A stretch of DNA of 64,000 nt. Origin: a virus. The position numbers and the translations under genes were made by a program. How positions within the stretch are numbered: the first letter of the stretch is position 1; each line of letters starts with the position of its first letter. Under the pieces are notes generated by a model. That model did not search any database. It was given only the letters and a program-made list of their open reading frames with translations, and was not told the DNA's origin. Positions 34,388 through 55,656 of this stretch are shown here, piece by piece. The stretch lies in the IMG/VR virus record IMGVR_UViG_3300023035_000005, positions 64,001-128,000 of that record. One strand, 5' to 3'.

Positions 34388-36653
34388 CAGATTTGTTATT
34401 TTAATACATTTAATATTAATCCCGCACCTCGCGGTGCGGCTCAGACTAGGTTATGATCTATCTAATTTTTGTAGAATAGACCCCGAATACTCGTGGCAGC
34501 AAATTTATATCTGCTAGTCGTTGAACGTTCCTCGCTGAGCGTGGTTTCGCTTCAAGTTGACTTAATATAATAAGTTATTCTTGAAATTCAATCGGTTTAT
34601 TCTTAATTACTCTCGCAATTAAGGGGCTTATCTTTTTATTTATTTAATGTGTACGCAACATGTATACGAAGAAGTGGCCACCTACAAGAAAAAAAAATAC
34701 ATTTTTTTTTCTTTTACTAGGTTATGCATCCGTAAAGGTGCGTAACTAAAATACTGAATTAGTATAATCACATTAAACCCCAATATTACATACTAAACTC
34801 TTTATATGGATTAAGTACTCTGTTCCTTGTTTTTTTTTGTTAATAAAAAAAAACAAAAATGAAAAACCAGAATATTAATCTATATATCTATCTCTCAATA
34901 TATCTATTTTATCTATCTATTAAAACACCTCTCTGAAAAATTGCGTAGCTTGCAACTTCAAGAAAATATATCTATGTATGTACCGAAGTATAGGAGATCA
35001 CCATAATTAGTAAATCCATCAATACTTAGTTACAGATTTACCCTTTCTTAATTTTATCTTTGAACTCAGAGCTCATTTCTTTAGTTAGAAAGTAGACAGT
35101 AAGCTTAACTTTTCTTAAGGCTACAGGTTTACTACTGTCTAAATTTCGATAGATAGTTGATTTATCTATACCTATATAGCTAACAGTAGATAAAATGGAG
35201 TCAAAAGGGCAATTGTTTATTAATTCTAGAGTATTAGCATCATAAACGTAAACTTTCGTGTTATAATTACGACTATTCGCTATTATCGGTCTTGCAGCAA
35301 GTAATTCTTTGCTTAATGACGCATCCAACTTTTTCTTGAAGAAATAAACTAACATATCACCTCGTTTAGTAGCTTTATTACTATTTAAATTACGAACAAT
35401 TGTTCGAGAATCGACGCCAAAATAATTTGCAGTATCTAAAAGTGAATCGAAAGGCGCATTATTTATTAATTCTAGAGTATTAGCATCATAAGCGTAAACT
35501 GGTATTTTTAGACCTAGTTGCAAATCTCCAACCTTAGCTTTAAGAGTTTGAATTTCTTTGACACTTAGAGGTACTGAATATACATAAATAGCCTTCGATC
35601 CTGCAGTTCTTCCTTTGTCTAGAACTAAATCTAGAGTTGCTCTAGGTATTCCTAAAGCTTTAGCTGCTTGAGCTTTTGAAGCGAAAGGACTACCTATTAA
35701 TAATTCTAAAGTAATAGCATCATACGCTCAAACTGGAGTCCTAACAACTCGATTCAATAGACCCTTAGGTGTGAGTTTTTTTGATTCTTCGTACATTAAG
35801 TTAAAATCAGTAATAGGGTAATTAAAGAACAATTTACCTCTGTAAGGTATAGATGTGTTTTTATATCTACCTATCCCGGAAATAGGGTAAGATAAAGATC
35901 GGCTTGCCTCATTACTGCTCTTATATATAGTTGCTTGAGGATTTATACCTTTTTCTGTACATTCGTAAACATAAACGAGAGTATCTCTAGAGTCTAATAC
36001 CTTATTAGTTTCTCTAAGATCCTTAAGTTTTAATAATAAGGTTTGTTTAATTACGCCTTCAGTTATTGATGAAGAGAAAACAGAATTAAGTATAGGTATA
36101 TACTTTTGTAAGTAATAAGTTTCCCTTTCACCTAATTTAGCTAAAGGGCAGACCTCTAGGATGTGAATACTAAAATGCTCTATCCCTATTAGCCGTACGA
36201 AAAGATGGAATTTACTGGGGGATTCTGCTTTTGAGTGTTCAAATAATCTTTTTTTAAATAGATTTGTTCTCCCTATGTAATAAATATCAGGGTAATATTT
36301 GTACTCTATAAGGTAAATTCCAAATTTGGAACCTCATTCTTTAAGGAATTTTGCTTTCAGTACCTTATCTGTATAGTTTAAACAAGAGCCCTTTATTAAG
36401 TCCCGATCGAAAGGTATAACTGGAGCAATTCTATCTTTTAAAAGATCTTTGATATACTCGATATTCTTATTACTCTTATCCATATTACTATTATTTTGAT
36501 AAGTGTGAAGAAAACATCTAGATATATTAAGATATTCTGAAGAATATTTGTTGTATCCTACTGATCTTTTGGTTAAGATAGATATAGGCTTAGATATACT
36601 AGAGAAAAAGTATTGAGTATTTTTAGTTTGTAAAATATTGGCTGGAAATAAAA
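34388..36653 (-). mobile_element. nad1 group I intron at ~388
   Basis: Core-like GAATTTCAAGAA, ACTTGAAGC, TTCAACGACTAG, AACCTAGTCTG at 34440-34600; T|GA junction. Confidence 0.88.
35038..36653 (-). CDS. GIY-YIG endonuclease with multiple NUMOD1-like repeats, in frame with nad1 exon 1
   Basis: FGIYLIEY...YYIGRT; repeated V(Y/W)AYDAxTLEL units. Confidence 0.85.
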
Positions 36654-37044
36654 ACCCAGCTAATAGAATTCCGTAAGTGGCTAAAGATGATACGGCCAAC
36701 ATATATAATATACCTAAATTAAAATCATTAATAGCTAAACCTGGTCCATAAGGAATAACACCATACCCTAATAAAGCAAAAATTAATGTTATAACAGGCC
36801 CTAAGAAAAACAGTACTATGTTAGCTTGTGTTGGGGCTACATATTCTTTTAATAGAAGTTTTAGAGCATCTGCAAATGCTTGAAGAAGTCCAAAATAACC
36901 TATATGATTGGGACCTAATCTTCTTTGCATACTAGCCATCGTTTTTCTTTCTGCTACAGTCACATAGGCTACACTCAGTAGGGCAGGAACAATAACCAAC
37001 AACACTTCAAGAATAGATATTAAAGTTGGAGGTAGATAATACAT
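36654..37044 (-). CDS. nad1: NADH dehydrogenase subunit 1, exon 1
   Basis: AERKTMASMQRRLGPN...GLLQAFADALKLLLKE. Confidence 0.96.
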
Positions 37045-37204
37045 TTTTTCAGTTTATATTTGAATTAATCCTTTCTACATAAAAAATATAAAAATTAAAT
37101 TAAAAATTAAGAGTAACAATAATTTGAGTTAATTACTTATTAGGTATATCTTACTCTACTTTTAAATTAATAAAAAATAGTGTTACTAATAAAACAAGAG
37201 CTTG

Positions 37205-37570
37205 CTAATCCTGGCTTACTGCCTTATCCTCCACCTGGCAGGCTTCGCTGCAGAAGTCTGGGAGGCAGGAAGCCAGAAAAAGTAAACATACAAAACATCA
37301 GAGGGTCACTAATTATTTTTTAGCCCTAGGCCTCTGGTGTAAAGCGTCAGCGCCACCAAGTTTCAGTCGTCGAAGACGACGCCCTCCTACGTAGTCAGGC
37401 AACTAATAAAAAAAATACGTTTTTTTATAAGGCCCAGGACTCCCTCCTGCCTGCCTCCTACGAAGGAAGGCAGGAGTCCTGACTACGTAGGCAGCAGGAT
37501 GGACTTCCTCCTGCCTGCCGTAGGAGGAAGGAGGAAGGAGCCAGCTTCGCCAGCTTCGCCAGCGTAGGTT
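37205..37570. repeat. GC-rich repeat cluster between duplicated nad1 leader sequences
   Basis: cctacgtagtcagg, cctgactacgtagg, gccagcttc tandem; flanked by near-identical 37045-37090 and 37598-37646. Confidence 0.85.
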
Positions 37571-37668
37571 AAAATTAATTAAAATTAATTAAATTAATTT
37601 TTTCAATTTATATTTGAATTAACCCTTTCTACATAAAAAATAAAATGACTAGTCAGTCCTTCGGAGGC

Positions 37669-37739
37669 ATTCCCATTTTAGAGTCGAACTAAAATCATAA
37701 TATTTTAAATATTCTACTCTACCGTTGAGCTAATGAGAA
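37669..37739 (-). tRNA. tRNA with trnR-type body but UAA anticodon (variant or pseudo-tRNA)
   Basis: Cloverleaf TTCTCAT-TA-GCTC/GAGT-A-GAATA TTTAAAA TATTA-TGAT-TTTAG TTCGACT CTAAA-ATGGGAA-T at the cox1-nad1 position. Confidence 0.8.
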
Positions 37740-37882
37740 TTTGTGTTAATAACACAAAAGGAATACCTGAGTAATGAGAGTACATAAGCAAATAATATTT
37801 TTTGGCTGCTCCTCCTTCGTAGGAGGAAGGAGGAGAAGTCAGGGGGGAAGCAAGCTCCTAAATTAGACTATAATTTAACTAA

Positions 37883-39540
<1,658 letters not shown>

Positions 39541-39689
39541 TTGCTCCTACGAAGTCAGGCATAAAAAAAAGCTACTTTTTTTATGCTGCCTTTAAAGAAT
39601 TTGTTTGTTTTTTTTTGTTTTTTTTATTAATAGTAGAAAAATTTAACTGTTTACTTGTTGTTTTACAAAACAATAATTAAAAGAGTCGG

Positions 39690-40042
39690 GTAGTGCTGGC
39701 TGACTTCGTAGCACTGACTAAGTATGGACTGACTTCGTAGGAGCCGAAAATAAATATATTTTCTTCCGAAGGACTACGTAGTCAGGACTCCTCCTTGGCC
39801 TGCCACTGCCTCCTACGAAGTCAGTCCTTCCGTAGGAGGAAGGAGGAGGCAGTCCTTCCGTAGGAGGAAGGACTGCCATACTTCGTTAGGAGAAGTGGGC
39901 AAGCGCAGCAGGCTCCAGCCTCCTACGAAGTCAGGACTGGCTAATAAAAAATATATTTTTTTATAAGCCCTTCGTAGGAGGAGTAGTCAGGCAGCTACTT
40001 TTTTTTATTTTATTTCATGAGCCCGCCTTCGGACGGCGCGCC
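39690..40042. repeat. GC-rich repeat cluster
   Basis: Same module family as 20000-20495. Confidence 0.85.
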
Positions 40043-43765
<3,723 letters not shown>

Positions 43766-43851
43766 ACCCTCCTAATGTAAACATGAATACAAAACCTAAT
43801 GCAAATAACATAGAAGGTGTTAATTTGATAGATCCTCCATAACATGTAGCT
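43766..43851 (-). CDS. cox1: cox1 exon (972-1057)
   Basis: [28 protein letters not shown]. Confidence 0.95.
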
Positions 43852-44328
43852 CGGGAGAAGGCCCTTCGATCATCTCAGATCCTAGTAATGGGCTTTAAGT
43901 CTCGTATATATAGCAATAAAAACAATATATATATACTTAAGTGCTTGTTTAAGGCACTATCTATTTCTAGTGTCCCGGACCATTCCTTCATATTTCATAT
44001 AAATAAAATAATTCACATAAAATTAATACTATATATGTAAAATAGTCTAAATACTTAGAAATAAGTGTGGCGTCTGGCCTCTACGCTTTTAAATAAGATA
44101 TAATTTTTTGTCCTTCGTCCTTCGTGCTTTGCCAGGAGTGTGGCCTCCTTCGTTTTTTAAAAAGAGACGAAGCTCACACTTAGTGCGTATATCTTACTAA
44201 ATATATTTATTAATATATTTAATTACACTTTCATGTAACTATTTAGTTCGACGATAATCTAAATTTAGTTGATTTTTAAATTCCTAACTCTAGATGTCCC
44301 TCGAGTTTGCCACATCAATGACATTGTA

Positions 44329-44595
44329 TTATTTCATAATATTATATTTATATTTTAATTTGTATTGAGGTCCTTTAAATTTATATATCATAGTAGGATG
44401 AATATAAGGTATTAAGTGGTGTAAATTTTTTTTAATAGATTTACTTTTTATATAAAGAACTTTATGTTTTTCTTGAGTATGGATAGAACATTCTAACTGG
44501 AATTTAATTATTAAAACATTAATCAATAAAACTATTTCTTTTTCAGTAAAAGATTGAGTTTGTATAGTTATTCCTGAGCTATAAGTCCCTCCGAA
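44329..44595 (-). pseudogene. Displaced LAGLIDADG (type 2) C-terminal half
   Basis: GITIQTQSFTEKEIVLLINVLIIKF...PYIHPTMIYK. Confidence 0.8.
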
Positions 44596-44631
44596 GGACC
44601 AGGACCCCTTGTATAGGACCAAAGGGTAAAT

Positions 44632-45498
44632 TTATTTGTTTATATGATTTATTTTATAAATACCTTTTAATAAATTTTTATTTTTTAAAATTCTACGTAT
44701 AGAAGTATGAGCACAACCTAATTTTTCGGCAGCTTGTCTAATTGAATCAAAATAAGTCATTTCATTTGTTAAAGTATTTAATACTTCGATTCTTTGACCT
44801 TTAGCTTTATTAATTTCTAGTATACGCACTACATCCATTATTTTAGATTCTTCTGAACGATAAGTATGCATTTTACTTGCTCTAGCTTTTTCTTCAATAG
44901 AATAAATTCGACTTTTAGCCCTTTCTTTAAATTTTTCTATAGTTTCACTAGTATGTTTATAACCCAGAGATGAACCCGCAGTTTTTAAAATATTATACTC
45001 CGGGCTTAAAAGATCTAAATAATATTGCTCTCTAGCTAGAACTTCTTCTTTACTGCAGTATTCTAAAATATCCAATCTAAATTCAGAGTAACCGTATTTT
45101 AATATAGCTTTATGAATCGTCATATTTCTTTTGGGGTCGACTAAATAATTATAATTGTAATAATTTACTAATCTTCTAGTTAAATTAGAACTACCCCCTA
45201 TATAACTCTTATTTAAATTTTTTTGTACTCATCTATATATACCAACTTTACCTTTTATCTCTTTAAAAATTTCTACTTTCTGTGTATCCGTATTATCAAA
45301 AGAAACTATAGGTGTTATATCTGAGGAACTATTTTTATTTTTATTTGTATGCAAACCTCTTAAAAGATTTAAAGTAAATGTAGAATTGAAATTAAAGGAG
45401 TTTATGCAGTACCCAAAGGACGGAGATAGAAAAGGTGCATTAGTGTCGTTATCGTAAAAAAGGGCAGGGATTATATTAAAGAATCTTGTGTTTTTCAT
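44632..45498 (-). CDS. GIY-YIG endonuclease with own ATG (~288 aa)
   Basis: KVGIYRW...SYIGGS...AILKYGYSEF. Confidence 0.87.
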
Positions 45499-46086
45499 TT
45501 TAGTTTTAAATTGCGTTAACTATTTTTAAACCCTAAATAAGGGATATAACAAATAGCAAAATACCGGGCATTACGCCCTAAAAACAGGAATAACAAATTT
45601 ATTACACTGCTTCAGATGGTCACTATAAATTTTTTAGTTCCATCGCCTGCAGGTATTAGCCTGTTATTAGAAGGGTAGTTTGCGCAGTGGTAAAACCAAA
45701 AACAGGATCCTCCTTTTTTCTCCGTATAATTTTTCACTTAGGAAGCTAATGTCCTCCTACGTAGTCAGGAGGCAGACGACCAAGTACCGTCCCATTCCCT
45801 TTTAAAATTGAGCCTAGGTGTAATGAAAATAGCCACCTACGTAGAATAATTCTCAGGGGTCCATCCTTTTCATTAACGATTACTTTTTATAAAACGCTTC
45901 GCTACTACGTAGGAAGCAGAAGGTCACACCTATTTCTATCCGAACTTCTAGCCAAGAATGATTCTTAAAAAACAAATTTCTACATGTCAAATTGACCCCG
46001 CCTTCTTCTTTTACAAAGGGGCTAGGGCTGTAAGGTTTAAATAAAAAAAAGCCAACACCAACTTTAAGTTAGTGGCGGCACCGGGT

Positions 46087-49059
<2,973 letters not shown>

Positions 49060-49062
49060 ATG
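49060..49062 (-). CDS. cox1: cox1 3-nt micro-exon (CAT, His)
   Basis: Flanking exons give VWS and HMYT, one His of HH is missing; G|CAT follows the S element and P9 hairpin of intron 867. Confidence 0.7.
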
Positions 49063-50179
49063 CTTCTTTCACAAGAAGTGTCGGACTATATCTTCATATT
49101 TAAGCTTTTCCTGTTTTATTTGTCATACTATTATTTAAATTAATTTGTTTTTGCAGAGTTCTTACATGAGATAATCCTTCTTCAGTTAAATGTAATTTGT
49201 TAGATACTTGGTTATGAATAGTTAATCATTTTTCAAAAGAAAGAGCTTTTTTAGTTTGTAAAGGAAATAAATTAAAGTATACTATTACATCCTTCAAAGG
49301 TTTAAATCCAGTAGCCGTATAACGATAAACATTATCAGTTCCAGATCTTAATGTGACTTTACCAAATCCAAATAACTCGTATACTTTATTTAGTATAACA
49401 CTATCTTTTTGTAGCGGAGCTACCAATAAATAACGCATTTTTATAACATGACCTAATGTATATCGAGAGTTTGTTGTAATAGATACATTAAAACATCCTT
49501 CAGCATCAGTAAACCCCGATAATCATGCATCCTGCAATGTAATTGAAACAGGAGTATTTTTTAATTTAATGGTTTTATAACCAAAACGATTATTTAAAGC
49601 ATTAACTCAAAGAGCTAATTGTTCAATTCTATGATTTTGAGCTAAATTACCATTAAATAAAAAAGCTAAAAGTAGAATATGTGAAGGATTATCAACCATT
49701 CATCTATAAAAATCATTATTTTTACCACTCTTTCCTTGAGGAAAATGTTTAACAACGCCAATATTTAATTTAAATTGTATTTTATGAAGTATATCACTTT
49801 CTTTTTGAGTAAGAACAAAACGAACTCTTTTACCTTCACCATATGTTTGAATTGCTCCATCTCCCTCTGCAAACCCAATAAATCAAGTTAACCATTCATC
49901 AGAAAGATGATCTGTATTTTTAAATAATGTATTATAATAAAAACTCTCGTGAGAGCTTGCGCCTCCGTAGGAGGAAAAATTTAAAAATGTTTCGCGTGTA
50001 GTCTCTGAGACACTCTGTTTGTTATCCTTTAAGGAATACAGGGATAGATTGTCTGCTGATTGAGTATAGCTAATTAGATTTTCACCGTGCAAGGTACTAA
50101 TTAACACTAAACTGTTCCAGCATACAGCGAAATTAATTATATTCCCAGCCTCACGACTGGGTGAAGCCATCAATAAAAA
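49063..50179 (-). mobile_element. cox1-867 group I intron (IB-like) with in-frame LAGLIDADG ORF (49100-50179)
   Basis: Core P/Q/R at 49990-50135, S at 49082-49097; WFIGFAEGDG, WLSGFTDAEG. Confidence 0.88.
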
Positions 50180-50239
50180 ACTTCAAACTATGAATCCTAA
50201 TATTCCAATAGACATCATTGCGTAAACCATTCCTATGTA
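50180..50239 (-). CDS. cox1: cox1 exon (808-867)
   Basis: [20 protein letters not shown]. Confidence 0.95.
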
Positions 50240-50528
50240 CATAATCATACCCTTATTAACAAAAAATAAGTTTTTTTTTAATTTAATATCTGCTCTCTAC
50301 ACATATATTTAATTAGAATAATCCCCTGTCCCACCCTACTAAGTTATAACATAATAATAAACATTTATATTAAAACAATTCTAGTATGCCTATATAATAT
50401 TAAATTATATAAAATAAACTAAATAAAAATATGCTTTTTTTTTGTAGAGAGAGAATTAAAATTATATTTTTAAGTGTATGAAATTGGACTATCTCTTGAT
50501 CAATGAATTATAAATTCTTTTTTTTTTA

Positions 50529-51563
50529 TTATTTATCCATAAAACTATTTCATTTTACCATAAAGTATTTTCAAGCTTTCCCTAAATCTGAGTTAGCTGA
50601 AGCTGAATGAGCATGAAGATTTCTAAGTTTATAAAAATCCTTTATCATAGTAATTCTCATTATTTTCTCAGATCTACAAGGATGGATACTAAAATAATCA
50701 TTAACTAAAGCTAAAATTTCGGTTTTTTTGTAACAAGTTCATTTAAAAGCCTCCTGTTTAACCATAGGATATATTGTACCTCCGTATAATTCAACTAAAG
50801 CTTCTAATATAAATCTATTTTTTTGAACAGCAGTTATAAATATTTGACCTGATGCTTCGTTTAAATATACACTACCATCAGTATCTATAAACCCGGCTAA
50901 TCATCCACTGTTATATGTTAAAGATTTAGGATCTTTTAATTCCACTCCATAAATAGAACAAATTTTACCTAATTGTAAAATTCTTGTAGGATTTCTTAAT
51001 AAACCGTTAACTGCGTAGATTAAATTTAATAAACCTGCTTTATGATGTAGTCTATATCTTAAAAAATTCTTACCACTTACTAGTTTTACAGATCCTCCAA
51101 ATTTTTGTTTTATTAAGTATAAAATTTTTTTATCTCTAAGTTGTGTAACTATTTCTAAACTACAGTACCCTTTTTTAGAAACTAAAAAACAACCATCTCC
51201 GTCGATAATTCCAGCTAATCATTCAAAAAATTTACCATTTTCTTTAGGATCAGAAGCAAATATATCATAAAAATTTTCATGTGCTTGCGTAGCAGGCAAT
51301 GAACGACTATTTTCATCTACTTCTTCATTAATTTCAGAACTTTCGTCCTCATCAACTTCTTCATGAATTTCTTCATTATTTTCGTGCGTGACCCTTACAA
51401 GCGGTGAATTGTCATGTTCTTCTGTTTTAAGAATTTCTTTTTTTAAGGCTGCATTAGTAGTATTAAAATACAATACGTAATTTAGCAATTTAGATAAATT
51501 TATAGTAGATAAAAAAGTAATAATGTTAATAGTTAAACAAAAACTGCAATTTCTAATTAACAT
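50529..51563 (-). CDS. LAGLIDADG endonuclease with acidic N-terminal repeat
   Basis: WLAGIIDGDG, WLAGFIDTDG. Confidence 0.85.
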
Positions 51564-51943
51564 TCATAAATAGTTTAGTTGCCTTTGTAAAGCATGGCAA
51601 ATAAAAAGAAAAAAAATTGATCACAAACGTATAGTCTCTGAAATTCCTACTCACATGCTTAACCCCATAAATTGTTTTATACAAGGTTTGAAGTATTCAC
51701 TTCGTGCTTTGGTTATCTGCGGGTTATCATAAATTACTAAGATTTTTACTAATGAAATTATAAATTTACATGACGGAGTACTTAGTAATATTTCTAAAAA
51801 GAATTTGACTTTCCTGCATATACGTTTGTTAACTTTATATAATTCGATTAATCACAAACATATAGTCTCTGAGATTCCTACTCACTTATAATAAGAATTT
51901 TGCATTTTTATTAAAATAAATACTAATAAAAAGCTACAAATCT

Positions 51944-54370
51944 CTATAATTTATCCCACTTTTTTTTAAATAGTATTCATTCATTAAATTTTTCTAGATT
52001 ATTATTATTAAAAGATTTATAATCTTTTAATAAATAAAAATCTTTTATCAAATTTAGCTTTTGGGCTGCTTTAAACGACTTTAAAGGATTAAATTTAAAA
52101 TAATTATCTATTAATTTAAGTATTTCATTTTTTCTAAAAATAGAAAATTGAAATGCTTCTTTATATTTTAAGATTTCTATTCTACCTCCGTAAAATATTT
52201 GTAAAGGATCTAATAAATATCTATTTTTTTGAGTTACACTAATTGTTAATTGATCAAGTTTTTCATTATAATATATAGAACCGTCACTATCTAAAAACCC
52301 ACTAAATCAACCGTTATTATAAGTTAAAGGTTTAGGTTCTAAAAATTTTAGATTATAATTTTCACATACTTTGTATAATTGAAGCATTCTTGTAGGATTT
52401 CTCATTAAACCATTTACTGATTGTACTAAATTAGTTAACCCTTTAGGATTAAGCAATTGATACTTAAAAGCATTAGACCCTGAAATTTGTTTAATTCTAC
52501 CTCCAAATTTATGTTTTATTTCATACAAGGCAGATTTATCCTCAATATCCATTATAATTTGTAAACTTGAAAAGCCTTTTTTAGTAGTTTTAAATTGTCC
52601 GTCTCCGTCAATAACACCTGCCAATCATTCAAAAAATTTTTGTTCTTTATTAAATAATGTACGCCCAGATATTTTTGATTGCTCTTCCGGCACAGACATT
52701 ATTGACCTTCGAAGTATACTATTATTAGTTGAAACTCTATCCATAGCTCAACTAGAGTAATGTCTTTTATTTATAAATCCTAGATTAGGGCTTCCCATAT
52801 GCACGGAGCTAGCCTGAGCTGCATCGCAGCATCGCTTACTTATTTCGGCAATATTAGATTTAATTTTTGCTAGCGCAGCTAGGCGATGTTGCGAATTGGA
52901 TTCTTCTTCGCCAGCGTTGCAGGTTTCTGCTGCACCAGCGCTGAAACTAACTTCCTCATAGGTTCTACTTTGGTTCATTCCTTCTTTTAATTTCTTAATT
53001 TCGGATAATTTTTCAGGAGTTAGTTTAATACTCTTATATTTAAGTTCTATAGCTAATTTAAAATCCAGATAATCTTTCAATTTATTACCTTGAAGATTAA
53101 ATTGATCAAAAAAAGGTAGGATTTTACCTATAAATTCTTCTTTTTTAGTAACGAAATAATCTCCATGATTAAGGCTATTAGATCTAGGTATAGCATAACC
53201 ACAATTTAAATATATTGCTAATTTTTTCAATAATTCTATATCTCGAATATGTTGAGTAACTAAAAATCTAAAACTTACTTCATTTTTAGTAGAGATTTTT
53301 ATATAAAAACTACCTTCTCCTTCAACAAATCCGGCAACTCAATATGGGCTTGGTATATCTTGACTATTGACTGAAGGTCTTATAGCTGGCGCTACTTTCG
53401 GAAATAACTTCTTTAAGTTCTCAGATAAACCTTTATTAGATATAGCTTTTAATGAAACTATTTTTTTTAAACCCTCATGATTTAGATGTTGACCGTCCTT
53501 CATTAAATCAAATACTTGTCTAAATACAATATAGTCAGAATATTTATAAGAAATCAGAGGAAACTTGTCAAAGTGATTTATAATTATTTGTAGATCTTCT
53601 AAAGATCTTACATTGTACGAAACAGAACTACCTTGAAATAACAATCTACCTACACCAAAAAAATTTTTTATTCTTTCTAAAAGCAATTTATCTTTTGAAG
53701 ATAAAGTTATTTTGAATAATAATTCTACGGCGTAACCTTTATTTCTAGCAGGTCTAGGTCTAACATTTATAAAAAAACAACTCTCTCCATCCGAAAACCC
53801 AGTAATATAATAAGGATGTAGAATAATATTATTATTTTTATTATGTAATATAGAAAAAAATTTTTTATCCCTCCGGCCTAGGACCAGGTCCATAGGCCTG
53901 GGCCGAAAAGTTAAATAAGATAAACTCAATTTACTGCGAAGCGTCTTTATATGAAAAATTATGCCCACTATTCTATAAGCTAAATCTATAAATGAATTAT
54001 TTATTTTTATGGGTAAATTTCGAGTAAGTAGACTAATCAATTTACAGATTAATCAATTTAATGCATTAAAAAAATTCTTACTATTATTAGGGTAAAGTTT
54101 AAGTATACTAAACTTATATAAAGGATGCTTCAAAGCACTATCTTTTGAAAATAAGCCACCTAGGGCTACCGGCCCACCTGACCTCATTAGAGGTAAGACC
54201 GCCCTGCTTTTAAAGACAGATCTAAGCTTAGCCTTAAACCATACGCTAATTGTTTTGGTTATCTGCGGGTTATTTAAATAAAGAAAAATCTTTATTTTTC
54301 TAAAAACTTTCCCGAATATAGTTTGTTGCGTTAATAAATTTAAATTTATTAAAGAGCTACTTGTAGAGTA
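51944..54370 (-). CDS. Exon-fused ~808-aa ORF with four LAGLIDADG motifs
   Basis: YITGFSDGES, WVAGFVEGEG, WLAGVIDGDG, WFSGFLDSDG in one frame. Confidence 0.82.
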
Positions 54371-54446
54371 ACCAAATATGGATTTATTTGAATTTGCAGA
54401 AATAGTTGTACTTATTATACCGAAAGCTGGTACAATTAATATATAA
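54371..54446 (-). CDS. cox1: cox1 exon (732-807)
   Basis: YILIVPAFGIISTTISANSNKSIFG. Confidence 0.95.
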
Positions 54447-55645
54447 CTTTAGTTTTGATTAATGAAATAGTTATAAAAAATAATCTATTTTTAATTAATA
54501 CTCAAGAATTTTACATCCTTGTTAGGACTTTATCTTAAACTGTAGCATCACTTAATCTATTCATTGTACTTTTTAATCTAATAATTTTACTAAGGCCAAT
54601 TTTAGAGCTTGCGCTATCCGTTACCAAATGATCTTTATTTTGAATTATTAAATAAGCTTTTCTTCATTTTAAATAATTAACATGTTTACTAGACAATAAA
54701 TGAAAAGAATCAAAATAATTAATAACATTTTTCGCTGAACCAAAATTAGTTGAACCGTAATAATAAGTATCTTGACTTTTTCTGTAGCCTATGTTGCCAC
54801 CTAAAAAATCTTTAATTAATAACAAAAGATCCATATTCTTTTGATCAAATTGAAAATTTAATATAATATCAGTATTATTAATATTACGATTAATAATTTT
54901 TATTTGAAAACTAGCCTCTGCATCTGAAAATCCAGCTAATCAATGATTTCTTAAATCTTTATTTAAATTAATTTCAAGAGAGTCTCTTAAACTATTTTTA
55001 AGATCATTAAAATTAGAATTATTTAATATATTATTAATTATTTGATTAAATATATTTTCTGTTCTAATTTTACCATTTACTAAATTAATAACTTTATCTA
55101 TACCTTTTTTAGCCGCTATAACTAAAATAAAAGCGTTCTTTTCTTTAACTTTTCTTACACTTCCAAAACCTAAACGTTTTTTAATGTAAAAAGCTAAAGA
55201 AGCATCTAATGAATGAAATACAATAACCAATTGTTGTTTACTACTAAAATGACCATCACCATCTATTAAACCAGCCAAATAATGTCCAAATTGAACATCA
55301 CTGATAGGTTTCAAATGTTTAGGTATATGTTCAGAAATGGGTTTTACATTCTCTGCGTGAACTACAGTTTCGTTGCGTAAAGTCTCTGGGGTTCCATTTT
55401 TAATATTAAAAATGTTACCTGCTGATTTACTTCCTAGCCCTAAGGGGCTGGCTTCTGCCGACCGGATTAAAAAATACATTTTTTTATAAATTTTTATATT
55501 CATAAAAATCGTGGCCGGCACGCTTACCACCAGGGGGCGCGAAGCTAGTTTTAACTTTTTTACTGTAATCTTAAAAATAGAGTATTTAAAACTAAATATT
55601 GAAGTAGTCCCAGCATATAGCAACGTTAAGAAGCCTATATATTTA
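54447..55645 (-). mobile_element. cox1-731 group I intron with in-frame LAGLIDADG ORF (54535-55645)
   Basis: YLAGLIDGDG, WLAGFSDAEA; core overlapped by the ORF. Confidence 0.9.
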
Positions 55646-55656
55646 ACCTCTGGGTG
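55646..55656 (-). CDS. cox1: cox1 11-nt exon (HPEV)
   Basis: G|CACCCAGAGGT|. Confidence 0.88.

Larger units (their letters stand above)
50240..54370 (-). mobile_element. cox1-807 composite group I intron
   Basis: Two P/Q/R sets and one S element; three LAGLIDADG enzymes. Confidence 0.88.
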
